From Fimbriimonadales bacterium (lineage in GTDB: Bacteria > Armatimonadota > Fimbriimonadia > Fimbriimonadales > ATM1): 35,823 nt of DNA. Made by a program: the position numbers and the translations under genes. This document shows, piece by piece, positions 1 through 8,284 of the stretch (position 1 is its first letter; each line of letters starts with the position of its first letter). The DNA is taken from NCBI GenBank assembly GCA_051003155.1, contig JBPCLO010000007.1:1-35823 (forward strand), read 5' to 3'. The notes beneath the pieces were generated by a model, which saw only the letters and a list, made by a program, of their open reading frames with translations, was not told where the DNA came from and did no database searches.

Positions 1-18
1 ACTATCGCCGTCCGCACC

Positions 19-50
19 GAAGCTTGCAAGGACTAGCCCCTGCAAGCTTC
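19..50. repeat. Inverted repeat / hairpin with 10-bp perfect arms
   Basis: GAAGCTTGCA (19-28) and TGCAAGCTTC (41-50) are exact reverse complements around a 12-nt spacer. No U-tract follows; function unknown. Confidence 0.5.
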
Positions 51-368
51 ATCGCCCAGCTTTCAATCACAATGCAGGAGGCGGCAGAACTAAAACTCTG
101 ACCTGGTCATTAAATGGGGACTAGCCAAAGATGGTAACAGATTGGATGCGTTCGTGGAGGGTCCATCCAGTCCCAGAGCTCATAAGCTGTACTTCATTCG
201 CACGGCTCGGAGCGGGGAATGACGCGCCATGAAAGGAGGGCTAGCCGTGCTGAGTCTAATGATCATCGCTGCGGCCGAGAGGTGAAATGACGGCTATCGA
301 CGCAGGGAGCGCTAACCGAGTGCACAAATTTTAAAGGATGAATAGGTTTGACCATGAGATAGGCATAA

Positions 369-797
369 ATGGATGAACCCGGTTGCTGGAGGCGTCTGCA
401 CGTGCTGAATCGTCCAAGGGCTCGTGTTTTCGTATTGGCAAGCATCTTGGCGGCGACGCTCACGGCACCCGCAGCTTTTCTCATCGTTCTGTGCGCAGCC
501 TCCGCTGGCTGGTTTGACGGCGGCGCTATGATGACGCAGACCAGCGGCGTGGTACAACGGGCAGTCCCCTACGCGATTGTGGGCGGATGTTATGGGCTGG
601 CGCTTGGCCCAGCCCTTATAATTGTGAAGCCATATTGGGCGGGAGTTAAGATAATGATCATTCCTTTTGCTATTCCAACCGTTCTGGCACTAATTACCGG
701 CAAGCCCCTAGACGCCATCGTGCTTATTTTGGTCGCCGTTGCGATTGGACTGATCGCAAGAGTCTCGGCAAATACTGCTGTAGCTCGTCTTGAATGA
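369..797 (+). CDS. Hypothetical integral membrane protein (about 4 TM)
   Basis: 142-aa ORF with several long hydrophobic stretches (VFVLASILAATLTAPAAFLIVLCAA; IVGGCYGLALGPALIIV; IMIIPFAIPTVLALI; AIVLILVAVAIGLIA). No recognisable family. Confidence 0.55.
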   Translation: MDEPGCWRRLHVLNRPRARVFVLASILAATLTAPAAFLIVLCAASAGWFDGGAMMTQTSGVVQRAVPYAIVGGCYGLALGPALIIVKPYWAGVKIMIIPFAIPTVLALITGKPLDAIVLILVAVAIGLIARVSANTAVARLE

Positions 798-883
798 GGT
801 TGCCCCTTCGGCGAGCATTACCACCTCGACGTTTGTCACGCCCAGCTTCGTCGCGAGCGGAACGTCGAGAAGAGCTGTCAAGC

Positions 884-1408
884 TCAATCTTCCGAGATAA
901 GGTGCCACATGGCTGATAGAGCGCAATCGGACCAATCGTTGAACTTGCCGATGGCTACGCCATCCGCCGGCCGCGCGAAGCCTGTTTTGCCGTCGGATCC
1001 CAACCAGATCCAAAGACATGGCATACCTTTGTAGTTGATTTCTGCCTTCCGGATATAGAACACCCCTGCCCATTCCGGCGATGTTATTTCTTCCCCTGCT
1101 TCCAATCGATCAGCGACGCGATCGAGGGCGTGCTTCGAGGCTGCAAACGTCAGCCTTAATGGCCAATGCGCGGTCACGATGCTTGCGAACAATCCCACTG
1201 GAATGAGTAGAGCAGTCAAGCTTCGTCGATTAGTGTAAAAAAGGGACGCGAGAGTTAGCGTCATCAGCAGCGCGAAAATGGACCATGCGACGACCGTGTT
1301 CGTGTCGAATCCCAGAAACGACATAAGGGTCACTATCAAGGCTGGCAATAGCGGCAACATCCAACCGAGTCGCCGATTTCTTATCAGCCGCCTATCTTCG
1401 TTCGACAC
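884..1408 (-). CDS. Hypothetical membrane protein (3 N-terminal TM plus a small soluble domain)
   Basis: GTG start preceded by AAGG. A basic N-terminus is followed by three hydrophobic helices, then WPLRLTFAASKHALDRVA and an aromatic/acidic end (WHLISED), a pattern I recall from uncharacterised bacterial membrane proteins. Confidence 0.7.
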   Translation of the reverse strand: MSNEDRRLIRNRRLGWMLPLLPALIVTLMSFLGFDTNTVVAWSIFALLMTLTLASLFYTNRRSLTALLIPVGLFASIVTAHWPLRLTFAASKHALDRVADRLEAGEEITSPEWAGVFYIRKAEINYKGMPCLWIWLGSDGKTGFARPADGVAIGKFNDWSDCALSAMWHLISED

Positions 1409-1419
1409 TTGAGAACCTT

Positions 1420-1572
1420 ATGAAAAACGAGCTACGGCAGTATGGCTCCAAAAAGAGGATTGCGGCCCTGGCGATTGCAGTTGCATCCATCGTTGGCATA
1501 TGGCTAATCTACAGCGCGATCCCTTATCGATATCGACGAGGGCGAGATCTGGGAGCGAACGAGCCCGTTTAG
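1420..1572 (+). CDS. Possible small single-TM protein or truncated gene (50 aa, below the ORF-track cutoff)
   Basis: Own translation: MKNELRQYGSKKRIAALAIAVASIVGIWLIYSAIPYRYRRGRDLGANEPV*, a basic patch plus a clean TM helix. It starts only 11 nt from the divergent gene, so it may be a remnant. Confidence 0.3.
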   Translation: MKNELRQYGSKKRIAALAIAVASIVGIWLIYSAIPYRYRRGRDLGANEPV

Positions 1573-1772
1573 GGCCATTAGAACAACGAAACAAACGATC
1601 ACAAGAATCACAAGTCCTCCTATCTGCGCTCGATGATAACGCCAAGCAGGCTTTACACTTGCCGATTCTGAGCGAAAGCTACAATTGGCTGCATATGAAA
1701 CACCTAAAAGAATGGCATGGGAAGAAAAAAGAGCGAACTAGCTTCCACAAGCGATGGTCTCAAAGTACGAAT

Positions 1773-2102
1773 TTACTCAGCTGCTGCACGTCTCCTCACC
1801 ACGTAAATAGATAAGGCGATGCCACACGCAACTAGCAGAATGCATAACATTTTCACCCATGCGAGGTCCGCGCGCCATATACCTACAAATGGGATGAGCG
1901 TAAAAAACATTAATAAATATGCATCCACATATTTTGGCGCCGCAATGTAAAGTCCAAGTCCTGCCAAAAGGTACCCCTCAAACATAAGACCAGCCGCTTT
2001 GCCAGCTATCAAGTGACCAACCGCGATAGCCATGAGGGACATTCCGACCAATGCAAGCGGAAGTCCAACGGTCCATTTGGAAATACGACAAAGTTTCTTC
2101 AT
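1773..2102 (-). CDS. Hypothetical small membrane protein (about 4 TM)
   Basis: 109 aa, almost entirely hydrophobic with basic termini (MKKLCRISK; VVRRRAAAE), in locally AT-rich DNA. Confidence 0.6.
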   Translation of the reverse strand: MKKLCRISKWTVGLPLALVGMSLMAIAVGHLIAGKAAGLMFEGYLLAGLGLYIAAPKYVDAYLLMFFTLIPFVGIWRADLAWVKMLCILLVACGIALSIYVVRRRAAAE

Positions 2103-2229
2103 AATAGCTACTACATCTTAGGCGCGCCACCGCCAATTTCCCGACATGCCCAATTATGCGGGCTGCGAATGGAAAAAGACGGCGTATTTCTGTCGCTTAC
2201 CATGTCGAACATGGGGGGAGTTCTGGAAA

Positions 2230-3705
2230 TCAAGGGCCTTGTTCGTCGCCGAACAGCATGTTGTGTAACGCCCTGAGCTTGTCCAAATGACGATCTGCTT
2301 TGTCCAAGAAACTTCGAGGCAACGCATCAGTTCGGGTTAGATCGCCATCCTTGGGAACCCGTTCGTCATACAGAACTCCTTCGATCGCTGCGGCAGCAGT
2401 CAGACGAATCTTGAACTTGAGCGCCGTGCGTTTTCCGAGCCTTCCGATCAGCTTCAGCGGCACCGTGTCTCCATCATCCGTAAAGCTCCGCGATGCCAAA
2501 TCCGCAGGGGACATCGATCTACCATCAGTGCGCTTCTCACCTTCGCCATGACTCGGATAGAAAGCGTCTTCTTCGCTTATCGCTAAGTTAATGGTCGCGT
2601 CGGGCGGCAGTCCCTGCGGTAACAGCTCGGTGGGCTCGTCGAGATAGTCGACACCGTGCCGATGGAAAACGCCCATGTCATCCAACAAATCAGCCTCCTC
2701 GAACGAGGGCGCTTCTTTCCTGTAGACCTTGTACCGCAAGTCCTTGTAGACCACATCCGAGATCATTCGGCTCTGAACGGGGTCGAGTGTCCTCACTGGA
2801 AGTCCCCGCTCAGTGCGTAGAAGTGTGCGCTGGCTGGGAGACAAGAACGCGTACAAGCGCAGCAATTGCGCGTCGGCGTAAACATAGTTTGTCGCGAAGA
2901 AATCGATATAGTCATAGCCTAGAAAAGGAAACGAAGGAGACTCTTTGTCGAAGGCTGCGAGATCGTCTAGGCTAGGCAGCCCCTTTTCATAGCCGGCCCT
3001 TACTAGTGCTGCGAGGGCCTTTCGGTTCAATCTGCTTTCACGGGCGGCGATCGGATCGACCGGGCGTATTTCGATCCAGCCACCACGATCGTTGATCGCC
3101 GTCTCGCCCCGGCTCGCCAGGGTTGCCAAGTAAGCGCTGGGAGTAATCTGCCGCCGCAGTTGAATCATCCGTGTGTTCTTGGAAAGATTCGCAATCAAGT
3201 TCTTCCGTCTAGACTTCGCGACGGCCAAGAGAGCTTCGGAATCTGCGAACGACCACGGATCATAAAGATCAGGTCGCAGGAGTCGCTGCATGAGAGCTTC
3301 GCTGATTTCGGCAGAGTTGCGCCGTGGGCCGAAAAAAACACCTGCGTGCTCTTGAGCAAGTGGGCTGAAGTCGATCGGCGCCTCGGTAGCGGGCTTTGCT
3401 CGGAGCGCGCCAATATCAGTTTCAAGGTATGCCGCTAGCGACTCATAGTTGGATATGAGGACACGGCCGGCCGAATCGAATAACTTCAGCTCGACACCAA
3501 TGTCGTCAATTGCATATCCAATGTCTGCTGTTACAGCCAGCAGCACCTTGGAAACCGGAGCGTTGATGAGCCTTGTCGCCGGCGCGACGCCGAACACTCG
3601 GACCCATGCCTGCTCGCGCTGCTCTTCCTCGACGGTCTTCGGGTGAAGGATGGACTCCTCCTCCAGCGATTTCGCAATTTCCGAAGCCTTTTGGGCAAAT
3701 TCCAC
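2230..3705 (-). CDS. Hypothetical protein, possibly 5'-truncated member of a lineage-specific family
   Basis: 491-aa ORF of normal globular composition (SRLNRKALAALVRAG, PSLDDLAAF, LRLYAFLSPSQR, EPTELLPQGLP). GTG start with no obvious RBS or signal peptide; in-frame TAA only 12 codons upstream (3739-3741). Confidence 0.7.
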   Translation of the reverse strand: MEFAQKASEIAKSLEEESILHPKTVEEEQREQAWVRVFGVAPATRLINAPVSKVLLAVTADIGYAIDDIGVELKLFDSAGRVLISNYESLAAYLETDIGALRAKPATEAPIDFSPLAQEHAGVFFGPRRNSAEISEALMQRLLRPDLYDPWSFADSEALLAVAKSRRKNLIANLSKNTRMIQLRRQITPSAYLATLASRGETAINDRGGWIEIRPVDPIAARESRLNRKALAALVRAGYEKGLPSLDDLAAFDKESPSFPFLGYDYIDFFATNYVYADAQLLRLYAFLSPSQRTLLRTERGLPVRTLDPVQSRMISDVVYKDLRYKVYRKEAPSFEEADLLDDMGVFHRHGVDYLDEPTELLPQGLPPDATINLAISEEDAFYPSHGEGEKRTDGRSMSPADLASRSFTDDGDTVPLKLIGRLGKRTALKFKIRLTAAAAIEGVLYDERVPKDGDLTRTDALPRSFLDKADRHLDKLRALHNMLFGDEQGP

Positions 3706-4067
3706 GCTTGTGGGGTACAGCCCAGCCGCACCATCTTCTTATCCAGTCGTTACAAGCGACGTTCGGCTCGAGAATCTTTTTGCACATCAATTTTAAGGGA
3801 TAGCTGTTCGTGCATCTATCGATCGGGCGATTGCATGCCTTGAAGCAAATTTCATAATCCTTCACCCAGCTATCGCAACGCAGGTCACCTTCTTTCTCCT
3901 TCGAGAGTTCAACCTGCGCAGGAGGCATTGTCTAGCACAATCGTCCGCCTTTGACCCTCCAGTATAGGCGGTTGTTAGAAGCGCGGTCGCTCATCTGAAC
4001 GGGAACCATTCCGGAGCCAGCAGGCAGATGACAACCCGTAGGCTCCAACCTCCTGCGATTAACTTGG

Positions 4068-4949
4068 TCATTCTCTTGCGCCCGCTTTGCGCAAAATCGT
4101 TCTGATCTCCTCGTCCTCGACGCCTTTGAGCACCGAGGGGCCATCCTCGCGAAGAACGAGCAGCTTTCCGCTCTCCTCGATCCGCTTCATGGCCTCTTTG
4201 TCGCCCGCGACCCCGGCACCAAAATACTCTATTCGCGTCTGGTCCATTTTTGCGTTGACGGTCGCGCCCTTCGAGATAAGGTATTTGACCATCCCGATCT
4301 GGAGCTGGCGCTGTGCCTGGTTCCGAGGTCCCACCGCTCGCATGAGAGGCGTCATCCCGCCCCAATCTCGGGCGTCGACGAGGACGCCGCGCTCCAGCAG
4401 CATCTCGGCGATGGCTATGCTGGCGTTACCTGCGGCCCAGTGCAGCGCAGTTTCTCCGCGAGCCGTCGCTGCGCGCGGGTTCGCCCCCGCCTTCAAGAGC
4501 ACCTCTGTCAACTTGGCATCGTCAGTCATTGCGGCGCCGATTAGCGCGGTATGGCCATTCGCATCGGCCACGTTCGGATCGGCGCCCTTTTTCAATAGCA
4601 GCCTTGCGATTTCGGTCTTAGTTGTCGCATGGAGCGGTGTTTCTAGGTCGGCATTCTTCGCATTCGGATCGGCCCCGGCCTCGAGCAAGGCGGCAACGAT
4701 TGCCGTGTACCCGCCCCCGGCAGCAACGCAGAGTATTGGAGAGCCCGCGGCGTTCTTGACATTGGGGTTCGCACCCTTGCTCAGCAGCCCTTTTACTGCA
4801 GCAAAATCATTCTTGCGAACCGCCACGATCAAGGAAGTCTTGGTTGAGCGCAGGCTCGCATTCATAGCCGTGGGCTCAGCGATTCCTCCGTCGCCGCATG
4901 AGAGAAGAATGAATGCAACAGGCAATAATCCTAAGATCATCGATTTCAA
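4068..4949 (-). CDS. Ankyrin-repeat lipoprotein (about 6 repeats)
   Basis: Repeated ankyrin consensus (GSPILCVAA..LLEAGADPN; ETPLHAT..LLKKGADPN; GHTALIGAA..LLKAGANP; GETALHWAA..LLERG; GMTPLMRAV..LISKGATVN). Likely start is TTG 4949 or ATG 4940 behind GGAG/GAGGG, giving a signal peptide and lipobox MILGLLPVAFILLS-C. The ORF-track start at 5132 is probably too long. Confidence 0.9.
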   Translation of the reverse strand: MKSMILGLLPVAFILLSCGDGGIAEPTAMNASLRSTKTSLIVAVRKNDFAAVKGLLSKGANPNVKNAAGSPILCVAAGGGYTAIVAALLEAGADPNAKNADLETPLHATTKTEIARLLLKKGADPNVADANGHTALIGAAMTDDAKLTEVLLKAGANPRAATARGETALHWAAGNASIAIAEMLLERGVLVDARDWGGMTPLMRAVGPRNQAQRQLQIGMVKYLISKGATVNAKMDQTRIEYFGAGVAGDKEAMKRIEESGKLLVLREDGPSVLKGVEDEEIRTILRKAGARE

Positions 4950-5336
4950 TCCCTCAACTCCCTTTGCCCTGCAGCAGACCACAGGTGCCATTACCCCAAT
5001 GAAGCACAGCATATTGCTCCCATGAATCGTCCGGGAGGCGTTTCCGACCCTCTTCCGTAACAAGCCCGGCCAAGTCTTCTCCCTGAAGACTACTTTACAA
5101 CCTCGTTCGCGTTCTCGATAAGATCCTGCCAAAAAATTGCGTCTTTCGACTCAGTTTTACCTGACAACTTGGCAGCGTTCATTATCTGGATGGCCATCTT
5201 TTAATGTGCCGGATAGTTGATGCAAATGAGAAACAAGAGCTTTGCGACGTCGATGCGTTCCTGTGAGGATCCAGCTTTGTCGAACGATAAGTTCGTGCGG
5301 ACCCGGATGCTTAGGAATGCTGCTACACTCATCCAC

Positions 5337-5966
5337 ATGTGCCTAGCTTCGGGCAAATGGAAGCTGCGATCTATCACGTTGTTGCTAACGGCCGTTTCGC
5401 TCGCGTACGCCAGAGTGGCAACGATTGACCTGGGCCAGTTGGCTAGGCTCAGCGACCTCATCGTCGTCGGCGAAGTCGCCGCCATTCAGAAAGTCGGAGG
5501 CGTCAAGGTGGCATCAGTCAAGACAATCTCGTTTGTGAAGGGCGTCGCAGAATGCCCGATCGCCTTTGTGGCCGAGCCGACCTGGGCGTGCGACACTAGC
5601 GCGGCGGTTGTGGGCGAGCGAGCGCTTCTGTACCTTTCCCCAGTTCCAATTTTGAAGAAGCGGGCGATGAACGGGCAAAATCTGTCTGGGTTGGTTTCCG
5701 CTTGCAAACGCAAAGGGGTAATCCTGTATGTTCTCAGCCACAGCGGACGTGGGAGGATTCCGTTGAAGTTCTCCGGCTCAAAATGGATCGCAAGCGTTAG
5801 GCAGGGGTCGAGGACAGCGTCGCAGTTGAACGTGAACCTGACCCTTCCTCGGAGCGCTCCGATCCAGAAAGCCCCGAACGGCTCCCGCTTCGTCGACCTC
5901 AATTACCTCGCCGAGCACTCGAAGGCAGCCGCATATCCCTCCAAAACTCGCCGCGGTAGCCCATGA
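5337..5966 (+). CDS. Putative secreted hypothetical protein
   Basis: Signal-peptide-like KLRSITLLLTAVSLAYA followed by IDLGQLARLSDLIVVGEV and GERALLYL, a pattern common in small secreted beta-barrel-type domains. Start uncertain (5217 in track, 5337 preferred). Confidence 0.65.
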   Translation: MCLASGKWKLRSITLLLTAVSLAYARVATIDLGQLARLSDLIVVGEVAAIQKVGGVKVASVKTISFVKGVAECPIAFVAEPTWACDTSAAVVGERALLYLSPVPILKKRAMNGQNLSGLVSACKRKGVILYVLSHSGRGRIPLKFSGSKWIASVRQGSRTASQLNVNLTLPRSAPIQKAPNGSRFVDLNYLAEHSKAAAYPSKTRRGSP

Positions 5967-6011
5967 GGTTGAGCGGACGCGCTTCCGACCTCCTCGACCC
6001 CCGCGCGCCCG

Positions 6012-6096
6012 ATCTCAGGGATCCCACGTCACGACAAGCTGCTATCCTGAGAATGGACGAAGGGTCGTGCTCTTAGCTGGTCCAATCTCAGGGATC
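6012..6096. repeat. 12-bp direct repeat enclosing a long hairpin
   Basis: ATCTCAGGGATC at 6012-6023 and 6085-6096. Segment 6044-6095 folds as ATCCTGAGA-A-TGGAC ... GTCCA-A-TCTCAGGGAT. Confidence 0.55.
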
Positions 6097-6158
6097 AATA
6101 GAGATACATTGCCACCCTGGCCGCGCTTCGCCCGCCCATAATCGATCGTGTGCCAACG

Positions 6159-6889
6159 ATGAGAGGCTCATTCTCAATAATCACGATAATTCTTGCCGCT
6201 TGTCTGTGCGCTTGCTGTTCACGGCGATCGGGCACGACACAGGTGGGTACTAAGCAGACTCAGGATCAGAAGAAGGAATCTGAGGAGCTAGGGTCGATTG
6301 CTTCCACTTTGACCGAGTGCTGGAGCAAGATGTTGAATTGATGGGCGACCGGCGAACCTAAACCTTACTTTGGACTGGAAGGACGCCGGTGAGAAGGATT
6401 ACGTAATTGTGTGCCTCGCGCGCGTGAGTGCGTTTTTTTGATAACCATCACGTTGCATAGCTTCATCAGCACGTACAGGATCGCTCGCTTCGTACGTTCC
6501 CGATCAGGACGCCTCGTCCGATGGTTCGCTGTGCTTTTTATCACGTCTGCTTCGCCAGGTAGATGATCCCTTTCTCCAGGTCTCTCGTTAGCAAGCCCCG
6601 CATCGTCACGCCCCAGAGGTGGAATGCCAAGGCTCATCAGCTTGTCCTGAAGATGAGTGAGTTTGCGGTACCGATCACCGATGTTCTTCGGCCTCTCTCG
6701 ATAGGTGGACCGCCTTGGCTCGATAGCTGAAGCCAGCAAAATGTGCTGTACCGAAATTAGCTGGTCCAGCTTCGTCGCGGAGCGATGAATATGCATAAGC
6801 GTGGACTCGCTCTGGAGTATGCCGTTATTATCGATTCCCGGTCCGAATGCCGCGCCCAGCGACGCGCAAGGCTTCGAACCTCCCTGTAG
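6159..6889 (+). pseudogene. Probable decayed exported protein / lipoprotein gene
   Basis: MRGSFSIITIILAACLCACCS is a signal peptide with lipobox-like Cys, but the frame stops at 6341. The next ~550 nt hold only short stop-interrupted + frames before a terminator-like hairpin. The 3' boundary is a guess. Confidence 0.35.
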
Positions 6890-6890
6890 A

Positions 6891-6920
6891 AGGCCGACTC
6901 TATGGCGTCCGGTCTTTTTT
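6891..6920 (+). terminator. Possible intrinsic terminator separating the accessory region from pilT
   Basis: AGGCCGAC-tctatggc-GTCCGGTCT imperfect GC stem ending in a T6 run (6915-6920). Confidence 0.45.
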
Positions 6921-7023
6921 GTAGGGTTCATTAGTCAAAGTTATCGATAGCGTGATAGTGACTCTTGCACGGGGTCTCGCGAGGACTGGCTCGACCTCCT
7001 GGGGTTATCGTTCTTTTGGGCGA

Positions 7024-7052
7024 TTGTTGAGATAGTGCGAACGCGGTATATT
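7024..7052 (+). promoter_or_regulatory. Candidate sigma70-type promoter for pilT-pilC-pilD
   Basis: TTGTTG (7024-7029), 17-nt spacer, TATATT (7047-7052), 40 nt upstream of the pilT ATG. Confidence 0.4.
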
Positions 7053-7092
7053 GCTGGAACCGACTATATATGTTGCTTGAGGCACGCACACT

Positions 7093-8274
7093 ATGAGCAC
7101 TGAACTGATTTTTGAACTTCCTGGCGATGAACAGATTGTAGACACCAAGGCGGGTACCGGCCCGGCGCGGATGGACGACGTTCATATCGACGAGCTTTTG
7201 AACATCGTCGTCGAGAAGAACTCCTCCGACCTCCATATCTGCTCCGACGCCGAGCCCATTATTCGCGTAGACGGCCACCTGGTTCGGTTGAACTACGAGA
7301 AGATGGGGCCGACCGACACGGCGCGCCTCATGTACGAGATCATCGCGGACGAGCAGATTCAGAGGTTCGAATCGACGCTCGAACTCGACTTCTCCTACTC
7401 GCTGCCGAAAAGGGCCCGGTTCCGTGTGAACATGTACCGCGACCGAGGCGCCATCGCCGGCGCTTTCCGGCTCATTCCCAACCGAATCCCGACGGTGAGA
7501 GAACTCAACTTGCCGCCGGTCCTCGAAGACCTGACGAGCAAGCCGCGTGGCCTCATCCTGGTGACCGGGCCGACGGGTTCGGGTAAGTCCACTTCGCTCG
7601 CGGCGATGATCAACCAGATCAATCGAAACCGCGCAACGCACATCATCACGATCGAGGACCCGATCGAATACCTGCACGAGCACAACCAGTCGATCATCAA
7701 CCAGCGCGAACTCGGGCAGGACACGAAGTCGTTTTCCAACGCGCTCAGGGCTTGCCTTCGTGAAGACCCGGACGTCATCCTCGTCGGCGAGATGCGAGAC
7801 CAGGAGACGATCGCCCTCGCGATCACCGCGGCTGAAACCGGCCACTTGGTCTTCGCGACCTTGCACACGAACAACGCCGCCGAATCGATCGATCGCGTCA
7901 TCGACGTATTCCCACCCGGCCAGCAGGAGCAGATCCGAATCCAGCTCGCCAACAACCTGCAGGCAGTCGTCGCTCAGCAGCTGCTGCCGAGAGCGGGCGC
8001 CCCTGGCCGAATCCCGGCGATCGAGGTTATGGTCGCCACGCCGGCCATCAGGAACCTCATCCGCGAGAACAAAACTCACCAGATCCCGTCTATGATTCAG
8101 ACGAGCGCCGCCCACGGCATGCAGAGTATGGACCAGAATCTGCGAGACCTGTACATGAAGGGCTTCGTCACCTACGAAGAGGCGATGACCCGGGCGATGA
8201 ACGTCGAAGAATTGAAGAAGATGATCAACTCGCCGCAACCTGGAACCAGCGCGCCGGCCGCTGCGCAACGATAA
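7093..8274 (+). CDS. pilT: Type IV pilus retraction ATPase PilT
   Basis: SDLHI N-domain, RFRVN, Walker A GPTGSGKST, Asp box TIEDPIE, Walker B LREDPDVILVGEMRD, His box AETGHLVFATLHT, and the PilT-diagnostic AIRNLIRE motif. Confidence 0.97.
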   Translation: MSTELIFELPGDEQIVDTKAGTGPARMDDVHIDELLNIVVEKNSSDLHICSDAEPIIRVDGHLVRLNYEKMGPTDTARLMYEIIADEQIQRFESTLELDFSYSLPKRARFRVNMYRDRGAIAGAFRLIPNRIPTVRELNLPPVLEDLTSKPRGLILVTGPTGSGKSTSLAAMINQINRNRATHIITIEDPIEYLHEHNQSIINQRELGQDTKSFSNALRACLREDPDVILVGEMRDQETIALAITAAETGHLVFATLHTNNAAESIDRVIDVFPPGQQEQIRIQLANNLQAVVAQQLLPRAGAPGRIPAIEVMVATPAIRNLIRENKTHQIPSMIQTSAAHGMQSMDQNLRDLYMKGFVTYEEAMTRAMNVEELKKMINSPQPGTSAPAAAQR

Positions 8275-8284
8275 GGAGTTAAAC

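Noticed and set aside
1640..1741. RQAG|FTL prepilin-like string on the + strand
   Set aside because: Preceded by stop codons with no start, no Glu5 and no hydrophobic helix; a chance match.
4087..5025. 312-aa + strand ORF with apparent repeats (FGSAP)
   Set aside because: It is the antisense mirror of the ankyrin repeats.
6040..6110. Resemblance to a SAM-I riboswitch 5' end (ATCctGAG..GAAGGG)
   Set aside because: No GCAACC/GTGC P3 core and no sulfur-metabolism gene downstream.
1..7000. Prophage, IS element, integron, tRNA or rRNA
   Set aside because: No integrase or transposase motifs, terminal repeats, convincing attC sites or RNA-gene signatures were recognised.
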